From sequence record PP885733.1: a stretch of 64,000 bases of DNA; one strand, given 5' to 3'. The notes beneath the pieces are model-generated. The model saw nothing but the letters and a program-made list of their open reading frames with translations, was not told the DNA's origin and did no database searches. How positions within the stretch are numbered: position 1 is the stretch's first letter; the number at the start of each line of letters is the position of its first letter. This document shows, in pieces, positions 38,163 to 45,239 of this stretch. A program made the translations under genes and the position numbers.

Positions 38163-38531
38163 ATGACTACTCAAAACCGTAACCCGAAAGCCAAAGCAGT
38201 TCCAGCAGCAAACCCAATGAAAGACGCGTTCGTTAAAGCGCGTAAAGATCTGATCGAAGAAGTGAAGGCTCTGCGTGCAGATCGTGAAAAACTGCGTGGC
38301 GTTTCCGGTACCCAGGTTGAGTGGCGCGAACTGACTGCGAAGATTGCAGAGAAGCAGGCGCAGATCAACGGCATCAACGACAGCCTCGGCATCAAAAACA
38401 AAACCTTCCCGCCGCTGACCAAACCGGGCGCAGCTCCTGCTGAATCTCACCAGCCGAAAGCTGAAAAGAAACAACAGCCTAAAAAGCGTTGGTTCAAAAA
38501 GACCGACAAGAAAGTCGAAGCAGCAGCGTAA
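38163..38531 (+). CDS. Lys/Ala-rich basic coiled-coil protein (122 aa)
   Basis: SD GAGGT; strongly biased high-expression codons (CTG, AAA, CGT). Confidence 0.7.
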   Translation: MTTQNRNPKAKAVPAANPMKDAFVKARKDLIEEVKALRADREKLRGVSGTQVEWRELTAKIAEKQAQINGINDSLGIKNKTFPPLTKPGAAPAESHQPKAEKKQQPKKRWFKKTDKKVEAAA

Positions 38532-38556
38532 GTAAAACAAAACCTCAATTAACCTA

Positions 38557-38584
38557 AGCTAACCTACCCGCGGGTAGGTTAGCT
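38557..38584. terminator. Perfect 28-bp palindrome / terminator followed by TATG
   Basis: AGCTAACCTACCCG|CGGGTAGGTTAGCT; TATG at 38589-38592. Confidence 0.7.
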
Positions 38585-38611
38585 CTATTATGTACATAAG
38601 GAATTAAAGCA

Positions 38612-39130
38612 ATGGCTATCCGTAACGAATACACTTTACCAAACGGCTCTAAACTGCGCGTGGCAGGGAATAATTTGAAAGAGGTTGGCGTTGTACTGTC
38701 AGCTATTGGCAATCGCTTACAGGACCTCCTGGAGCGTCGTTTGACCGGTCTGGACTTTGTTCATCAGATCAACTTTGATGGGCAGTTTGATTTACGTCAA
38801 GACATGGACGGTAAAACGTATAAGTACACTGGGGTTAGGTTCCGTGAATCCTCCCCTGTAACCAAAGTTCAGATTACTATTTGTACTCTGTTCGGTGGTA
38901 CCCGTAAAGTGATCATTGAAGCATTCGAATATAACGGCGCTCGTACCTGGACTCGTATGGATGCTGATATTGATACCTTATCCAAAGCAGCCGTGTTCCT
39001 CCAACGCCGTGGTCGTAAAGCGCAGTACGGTAAGAACTGTCATTGCCAGGTTTGTCAAGGTCCTGTCCTTGAAGAACATCTCAAACCGCATCGTGTCTGT
39101 GATGCATGTACTTACATCGTAATCAACTAA
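38612..39130 (+). CDS. Hypothetical protein with C-terminal Zn finger (172 aa)
   Basis: CHCQVC...HRVCDAC. Confidence 0.65.
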   Translation: MAIRNEYTLPNGSKLRVAGNNLKEVGVVLSAIGNRLQDLLERRLTGLDFVHQINFDGQFDLRQDMDGKTYKYTGVRFRESSPVTKVQITICTLFGGTRKVIIEAFEYNGARTWTRMDADIDTLSKAAVFLQRRGRKAQYGKNCHCQVCQGPVLEEHLKPHRVCDACTYIVIN

Positions 39131-39140
39131 GAGGTTAACC

Positions 39141-39377
39141 ATGACCAAAGACGAATTCATAATGAGGCTTCGCCACGGTCTTAAGGGCAAGCCAAAAGCA
39201 GTAGCGGAACTCATTGATCTGGAGATCAATCGTATTGCACGAATGAAACCAGAAGAGTTTGATGAGTACATCATCAAAACCACTGGCCTTACCAATAATA
39301 AGGCTAAACCTAAACCACAGGTAGAAGAACCTGAAAACACCGGTTGGTTCGGAGGTCGCGTAATCAAGAGATCTTAA
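39141..39377 (+). CDS. Hypothetical protein (78 aa)
   Basis: SD GAGGT. Confidence 0.6.
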   Translation: MTKDEFIMRLRHGLKGKPKAVAELIDLEINRIARMKPEEFDEYIIKTTGLTNNKAKPKPQVEEPENTGWFGGRVIKRS

Positions 39378-39424
39378 TTGTTCTTCTAAGCTCCATTAAC
39401 CATTTAACTATAGAGAGATTTATC

Positions 39425-40051
39425 ATGGCTAAGACCAAAACAACCCGTAAGAAATATTCCCCGCTTCGTAACAAAGCACAGCATGTGACTAACGTTCTCA
39501 ATCGTGCTATGCATAACTTTTACATGATGGGGGATATGAACCATGATCCAATGTCGTTCCATATCTCTGATGTGAAACTTCATTTGAAAGGCTTCGATAA
39601 AGATTTAGCTTTGCAGGAAGTGTGTAAGTTCCTGTATGGCGAAAAACGTACGTGGGTATTCGCAGTATATCATTTCTTCCAAATTGGTGACAAGTTGGAG
39701 GTTGTTCCGACTGTCATGACGTTGGGCGATACTGACCTAAGGGAAGTCGCCGACTCCGCTCAAGAAAACATTAAACTGCTGAAGGATTCTGTAATGAATC
39801 CTGAGGACGGGTTCGCCGAAGAGAATTATGTCTTCTACGGTTATTACATTAACTACGGTGAAAATCTGCTTATGGCGGAAATGGAACAGGACATTATTAC
39901 AGCCCTGTTCAAAGTTAACAACGATCTGACGGATATCAAACCTGAGATCGCTGAGTGTAATGCCGAGAAAGTTCTCCGAGCTATTGCTGGTGAGAAATTT
40001 AGTATCGCAAATTCTGGTGCCCTGAAAACTACTATGGTGGAGGCGGTATGA
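39425..40051 (+). CDS. Hypothetical protein with basic N-terminus (208 aa)
   Basis: Start MAKTKTTRKK at 39425. Confidence 0.7.
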   Translation: MAKTKTTRKKYSPLRNKAQHVTNVLNRAMHNFYMMGDMNHDPMSFHISDVKLHLKGFDKDLALQEVCKFLYGEKRTWVFAVYHFFQIGDKLEVVPTVMTLGDTDLREVADSAQENIKLLKDSVMNPEDGFAEENYVFYGYYINYGENLLMAEMEQDIITALFKVNNDLTDIKPEIAECNAEKVLRAIAGEKFSIANSGALKTTMVEAV

Positions 40052-40524
40052 TGTCTAATAAAACGTTCATGCTGTCCTGCCCCATAATAACTGCGATCAT
40101 GATAGGTTTGATCTTATCTATGATCGTAAGTGCCGTTGCCGATCTTTGGTTATCCATAGATCCAGTTATACTCACTAATGGGATGATGCTTTCCATGTTC
40201 TTTGTGGTCCCCATGATCGGCGCTATCGCTAAGGCATTGATTTATCGTAAGTACGCGAAGTATATACCTGAATCTAAAAACTGGGTATATGACTTTAAAC
40301 AAGAGATATACGATCTGGACTTTGAACCAAAATTCAAGAATGTCTCTTGGTCCGAATTAGAAGCAGCCGTGCCAAAGAAGTATACCGAACGTTATCGAGT
40401 ATACGCTTTGTTGTTATTGATCGATGACCTGCGTGGTAAGATACCAAGCAAAGGTGTTCCAGCAGAAGCAAGAGAGTTTATCAATAAGCACTACAATGTC
40501 TACATTGGGCTGTTATTACACTAA
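40048..40524 (+). CDS. Membrane protein, two N-terminal TM helices (158 aa)
   Basis: SD GGAGG; hydrophobic N-terminus. Confidence 0.65.
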   Translation: MMSNKTFMLSCPIITAIMIGLILSMIVSAVADLWLSIDPVILTNGMMLSMFFVVPMIGAIAKALIYRKYAKYIPESKNWVYDFKQEIYDLDFEPKFKNVSWSELEAAVPKKYTERYRVYALLLLIDDLRGKIPSKGVPAEAREFINKHYNVYIGLLLH

Positions 40525-40539
40525 TACCATTTAGAGGAA

Positions 40540-40896
40540 ATGGACATGAAACACGTACTGACTTTTACTGATTACATCGAAAACATCGAAGATGGTCGTT
40601 ATTCAATCGAGCTGGTTGCTCGTCTGAACCAAACCGAATACCTGAAGGCCATTGCGCGTCCTATATCGGCTTCTGCGCCTGCAGAAGCTCGTGAAGCAAT
40701 GTTCCATCAGCAGCTGAGTTCCATGGCCTTACAGGCTGCTCTGTGGTTCCAGAATCGTGGTATTGATTTTGCCTGGGCTAATGGGATGACTGTGTTCGAA
40801 CAGCTGTCCCTGTTTGATGTCAAGCAGACTGCAAGCTTCAACAATGAGCTGCACGCAGCTGGTCGTAAAACTGACATCATGTTCGTGGGATTGTGA
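40540..40896 (+). CDS. Hypothetical protein (118 aa)
   Basis: SD GAGGA. Confidence 0.65.
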   Translation: MDMKHVLTFTDYIENIEDGRYSIELVARLNQTEYLKAIARPISASAPAEAREAMFHQQLSSMALQAALWFQNRGIDFAWANGMTVFEQLSLFDVKQTASFNNELHAAGRKTDIMFVGL

Positions 40897-40897
40897 T

Positions 40898-41263
40898 ATG
40901 AAAGTACCTAAATGGTTTACTATCGCAAACATCACCAAAGGTCCCGAACCGCTAAAGGTGGAGCTCGTTGATCTAACCGAACAAGTTGTTGCGGCATTCA
41001 TGATAGACGATCATATCTATCGGCTGACTGTTCGTATCAATGGTCGTAAGAAGGTAATCAAACACACCAGTGCTTTGGGAATACTGCGCTACCGTGAATA
41101 CATGGATATGCTCAGCAAGGCGCTGGATGGTCGTACTTTGTACCAGATGCAACAAAAGGGTTATAAAATTATAACTCACGACACTTTCTACGACTCCCCT
41201 GTGAGAAAGAGGATTCTTCACAATGTTCAAATGGCTAGCAAAGGTACTGGGTGTATCTATTAA
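40898..41263 (+). CDS. Hypothetical protein (121 aa)
   Basis: Start MKVPKWF 1 nt after the upstream stop. Confidence 0.6.
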   Translation: MKVPKWFTIANITKGPEPLKVELVDLTEQVVAAFMIDDHIYRLTVRINGRKKVIKHTSALGILRYREYMDMLSKALDGRTLYQMQQKGYKIITHDTFYDSPVRKRILHNVQMASKGTGCIY

Positions 41264-42002
41264 AAGAGGTAGCACAAGAACAGTAGTTATTTGGGGTAAG
41301 AAAGTGTATAAGTTTCCCAGGTGTAAAAGCCTGGATACTTTCTTTAAGGGATTGACCTGCAATCATAAAGAACGGCTAATGTCCCACTGCTGCCCGAATT
41401 ATTTTGTTCCAGTGTTATTCTCTATACCTGGGTTGCTGGTAGTCATGCCTAAAGTTAAAACGTTGCCAGAGGCTTGTCCTCTGGTACGTTCCTTTATGTT
41501 TGACTTATTCCATCATTCGCGTAATGAGGAACCAGAAGCTCAAGTAGCAAGATACTACTGTGAGTACATCACAGATAACTACGGGATGTACAAAGGGAAA
41601 CCAATGTGCATCGACTATGGAACGTTTATGCCCCTCGCTGCAACTCGCGAAGATATGCAACGCGAACTGGATATGCAGGAGTGGGATGTCAAAAGAAGGT
41701 TGGGTATTAAAGATGAAATCGAAGAAGTTGTTCAGCCTGTGGAAGAACCCTATCAGATATGTTTGGAGCTATTGGATTTTTCAAAACCTCCCTCTGATGT
41801 GGCGGGTAAATATTGCGAACAAACACATGGGTTACATGATGTGGAAGCGCAGGTTTATGGACCAAAAATTCGGGACGCTGGAAGTCGTCGTTTCAGAGGT
41901 ACTGCTGGATTGGCAGGAGATTTCTCTGGAGCATGGAGTATACCGCTTCCGCGACATCAAGTACCGTATGAAGCGCTCCAAACTACCGTGGTACTCAACT
42001 AA
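41223..42002 (+). CDS. Putative minimal protein-kinase-like fold protein (259 aa)
   Basis: GSTRTVV (Gly-loop-like), VYKFP (Lys), NHKE (helix C Glu), LLVVMPKV (hinge), DNYGMYKGKPMCIDYG (catalytic loop Asn + DFG-like). Confidence 0.5.
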   Translation: MFKWLAKVLGVSIKRGSTRTVVIWGKKVYKFPRCKSLDTFFKGLTCNHKERLMSHCCPNYFVPVLFSIPGLLVVMPKVKTLPEACPLVRSFMFDLFHHSRNEEPEAQVARYYCEYITDNYGMYKGKPMCIDYGTFMPLAATREDMQRELDMQEWDVKRRLGIKDEIEEVVQPVEEPYQICLELLDFSKPPSDVAGKYCEQTHGLHDVEAQVYGPKIRDAGSRRFRGTAGLAGDFSGAWSIPLPRHQVPYEALQTTVVLN

Positions 42003-42171
42003 ACTAAAACTGGGAACTCAACACTGTGATGAGGAAACCTATCCATTCATATACAGCGACCATCAGAGCTTAGCAAAGACTCTTGATGAGAGTCGTGGTT
42101 CGTTGAAAGAATTACAACGTCGTAATGCTGCACGGAACGCATTCTTTAATCCTGTCGAGGTAAACAAATGA
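41857..42171 (+). CDS. Hypothetical protein overlapping the kinase-like ORF (104 aa; start uncertain, alternative 41713)
   Basis: Needed to fill 42003-42167; its stop overlaps the next start (ATGA). Confidence 0.5.
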   Translation: MDQKFGTLEVVVSEVLLDWQEISLEHGVYRFRDIKYRMKRSKLPWYSTKLKLGTQHCDEETYPFIYSDHQSLAKTLDESRGSLKELQRRNAARNAFFNPVEVNK

Positions 42172-42476
42172 ATTATGGGACTGCTGCAGTAATCTATAAA
42201 GGTGTGGACGTCGAGAAGCAATCTTCAAAGACTGAACCAAAGGTCATCGACGTCATCAACCTTCGTACAACCACCAAGCTTCGCAAAACACGTATCCGTG
42301 TTGAAACTTGTGTTGACGGGTTCAAGGTCGCTATGTACATTCCTATGAACTGTAAGTTCGAGGAGAAAGTTACACAAGCTGCTCGTGACTCCGGCCTGAT
42401 TACTGAAGTTGATATGGTAATCTTCAATTACATCGGCAACACTAAAGATCTGTGCCGCAACCTTCGCGTTATCTAA
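42168..42476 (+). CDS. Hypothetical protein (102 aa)
   Basis: SD GAGGT. Confidence 0.65.
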   Translation: MNYGTAAVIYKGVDVEKQSSKTEPKVIDVINLRTTTKLRKTRIRVETCVDGFKVAMYIPMNCKFEEKVTQAARDSGLITEVDMVIFNYIGNTKDLCRNLRVI

Positions 42477-42491
42477 CCAAAGAGAAAGACA

Positions 42492-43223
42492 ATGAAAAAG
42501 ACTAACTCTATCTTCATCCGTGGTATCAAAAACCTGAGCGCTAACGAAATTCAGATCGAATATACTACACACGTTAATGCTGCTCAATTCCGTCTGGCGA
42601 ATGGCGAACGTAATAAAATGTTCGACCTGATCAAAAGTATCGTTGCAGCTGAATTTGCTGAAGACTGGAAAATCCAGAATCAGATTCAGCGCATGTCTTA
42701 CGATGAGTTTGCTCGTAGTCGTTACGATGTTGTTGATCAGACTTGTGTCACTGGTCTCGACCTGGGCGCTGGTGCGTATAACGAACTTCAGCATGTGCTG
42801 AGTATCTTTAAGAAATACCGTGATGTGCAGGAAGGTGTGGCTAATGTGGTTGCTGCCATCCAGCAAGGGTATCTGGATGAAGATGCTCAGGAAAACCAAC
42901 TGACACGTCTGGTTCAGCGTATGTTCGATAAAGACGCTCCGTGGGATCCAGAAGCACAAGGTCAGTCTAACTGGTCTGGCACAAGCTGGACTGCTGAACA
43001 CAACCTGCGTGCTACTCACGCTATCGGGAACTGGTTCGTTGAAGGTTACATCGAAAGCGTGAAACTGCGTGTGTTCAAAAACCACAGCAACATCGGTATC
43101 TACATCGCCAACTACGACGGCACCTGGCCGGATCGTTACAGTCACACATTCACAGTGAACGATAAAGAAGAGTTCCTGGAATGTCTGAAGGACTACTGCA
43201 CTCGTCCTAAGGAAACTGAATGA
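42492..43223 (+). CDS. Hypothetical protein (243 aa)
   Basis: High-expression codon bias. Confidence 0.7.
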   Translation: MKKTNSIFIRGIKNLSANEIQIEYTTHVNAAQFRLANGERNKMFDLIKSIVAAEFAEDWKIQNQIQRMSYDEFARSRYDVVDQTCVTGLDLGAGAYNELQHVLSIFKKYRDVQEGVANVVAAIQQGYLDEDAQENQLTRLVQRMFDKDAPWDPEAQGQSNWSGTSWTAEHNLRATHAIGNWFVEGYIESVKLRVFKNHSNIGIYIANYDGTWPDRYSHTFTVNDKEEFLECLKDYCTRPKETE

Positions 43224-43450
43224 TCGGGAAACTGCTTGAGATCGCCGTAGGGCTGTTGTGTATCGTCTTCGGCACATATCTGTTCATTCACGCAGATATC
43301 GGCTCTGCGGGCGATATAGGGAGCACTATAGCTATACGAGTGCTCACTGTAATACTGGGGCTGTTGGGAGTATTTGCAATAGCCTTTGCATTATTCCCTA
43401 AGCAGATACAGAGTTTTATGTACGGTCCTGCTGATCGTAAATTTTTCTAA
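43220..43450 (+). CDS. Small two-TM membrane protein (76 aa)
   Basis: SD AAGGA; two hydrophobic helices. Confidence 0.65.
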   Translation: MIGKLLEIAVGLLCIVFGTYLFIHADIGSAGDIGSTIAIRVLTVILGLLGVFAIAFALFPKQIQSFMYGPADRKFF

Positions 43451-43491
43451 TTACTTACATCAATTAACCATTCTCCATTAGAGGTATCAAA

Positions 43492-43830
43492 ATGAAACGT
43501 GCTCTTATTCTCGTAGTTGCTGTAGTTATGATCTTTGCCGGTGTGTTCATGGGTGAGTCAGATGCTAAAGCTGAGGTGAGCGCTGGTAAGCATTATATCA
43601 AGGGTGTGATTGTTGCTCTTGAAGGTTGCTACACTAATCACGAAGGAACAACGTGTTTGGGCGTGGTAGATGTCAACGGAACTAAACGCGGTGGTCGTAT
43701 CTATGGAGATAAGGCTATCGGTGAGGTTGTATATAAGCAGTGTGATGTGGGATCCTCTACTGTTTGTGATAAAACATGGCATCCCTCTATTGGAGAGAAC
43801 TACCTTCGTGGTGGACAGATTGAACTGTAA
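43492..43830 (+). CDS. Exported protein with signal peptide/anchor and four Cys (112 aa)
   Basis: MKR + hydrophobic stretch + A-x-A; SD GAGGT. Confidence 0.65.
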   Translation: MKRALILVVAVVMIFAGVFMGESDAKAEVSAGKHYIKGVIVALEGCYTNHEGTTCLGVVDVNGTKRGGRIYGDKAIGEVVYKQCDVGSSTVCDKTWHPSIGENYLRGGQIEL

Positions 43831-43841
43831 GTAAACATAAC

Positions 43842-43870
43842 CCCTACCCCTCCTCACGGAGCGGGTAGGG
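43842..43870. terminator. Probable bidirectional terminator between convergent operons
   Basis: CCCTACCC-C-TCC-TCAC-GGA-GC-GGGTAGGG, then TGTTTATG and a T tract. Confidence 0.75.
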
Positions 43871-43890
43871 TGTTTATGCTTTATTTTTTT

Positions 43891-45138
43891 TTACGGCACG
43901 CGAGTTATCTGAATCATAATTGGAATAGGTCCAGAGTTATGCTCGGTACTAATGAAGCTACCTGTTATAATGTAAGCCACACCTTGCCCACTGGTGGTGT
44001 TAATGTTTGACAACTCCAATGTTCTTATGCGATATTGGGAAGTCAATGCTGGTGTTGTTTTCATAACCGTGGTTGATGGGGTCCCTATTGGGTTTACAAA
44101 GTAACCAGTTAATGGAATAGGAGATCCATTCTTGGTTCTCTTCATATTAACCGTTACATCAACCTTACCAGTTTTAGCTGTTTTTGCTAATGGGGTATTG
44201 GTTACTGTAGCAGTTAATGGTTCCTGGGAGAACTGAAGCACAACAGGGTTAAGATCAAACTCCTCATTACCTGAAGCTATCTTGAATGCCAGTGTAACTT
44301 TAGCCCCGATACACACCGCTGTATAATTAAACGAGTACACGCCATTAGCTGCATCCAGAGGGGTTAATGCGTCAGCAAGTGACGAATACACTCCAGTAGA
44401 ATTGTTCTCAGTAGAGATGTTTACGGCCACCATAGCGGCATCGGTAACTGGAGCATCATTCTGATCTGTGATGGTTAACTTCTTGGTACCAGTTGCGAAC
44501 GTAGCAATGGTTCCGCCCTCAACTACCGCTTTCAGCTTACGAGGTTCAGGAACATTGAAAGTATAATCCACATCTACAGTTGCACCGTAGTATAGCACCT
44601 TTAAAGTACCGATAATGGAACCTGGGACTGGTTCCCATCCAGCATTAGGCTTGATCATTAACCGATCAGGCCCAACTGTAACAATGTCGATTAATGCCTG
44701 GGACTCCATGAAAGAGATACCTTCGTCATTAAGCACAATTGGATCAGTTCCGTTATTGATACTGATGAGTAACTCATAAGTTCCATCAACGGAATAATCA
44801 AACACATTGGTCTGAGGAACAAGGTTAAGCTGAGCTGCGGTTACTGAGACATCAACATTGACCGTATTAATATCAACACCCTCTACTCCTGATTCCTTTC
44901 CATTATAACCGAAAGGAATGGATATAGTCCCCGTCCCAAGTTCATGACCTTTAAGGAACAAGTCGATATGGACCTCGTCAGGGTTCAGTTCGCCTCCCAT
45001 AGGTTCAATCAGATCTTTAAGATCCATCTGGTCATTTAACGTCATGACTTTATCGATCGCGTTCTTTCCTTCATAAACCGCTTTACACTGAAGAGTCTTG
45101 GTCTGACCCTTTAACAAATCTATCTTCTTATTGGCCAT
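43891..45138 (-). CDS. Ig-like beta-sandwich repeat protein, last gene of the fibre cluster (415 aa)
   Basis: About four ~100-aa beta-rich units related to those in the upstream genes; SD GAGGT. Confidence 0.7.
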   Translation of the reverse strand: MANKKIDLLKGQTKTLQCKAVYEGKNAIDKVMTLNDQMDLKDLIEPMGGELNPDEVHIDLFLKGHELGTGTISIPFGYNGKESGVEGVDINTVNVDVSVTAAQLNLVPQTNVFDYSVDGTYELLISINNGTDPIVLNDEGISFMESQALIDIVTVGPDRLMIKPNAGWEPVPGSIIGTLKVLYYGATVDVDYTFNVPEPRKLKAVVEGGTIATFATGTKKLTITDQNDAPVTDAAMVAVNISTENNSTGVYSSLADALTPLDAANGVYSFNYTAVCIGAKVTLAFKIASGNEEFDLNPVVLQFSQEPLTATVTNTPLAKTAKTGKVDVTVNMKRTKNGSPIPLTGYFVNPIGTPSTTVMKTTPALTSQYRIRTLELSNINTTSGQGVAYIITGSFISTEHNSGPIPIMIQITRVP

Positions 45139-45207
45139 CTAAGATACCTCAAGTTAAATGAAACCCTATACTCCAGAATAAGGGGACATAGGATTCACCT
45201 ATATAAA

Positions 45208-45235
45208 GAGGAACCTCCCCTAAGGAAGGTTCCTC
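45208..45235 (-). terminator. Hairpin between the 1756-aa and 415-aa genes
   Basis: GAGGAACCT...AGGTTCCTC. Confidence 0.55.
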
Positions 45236-45239
45236 ATAT

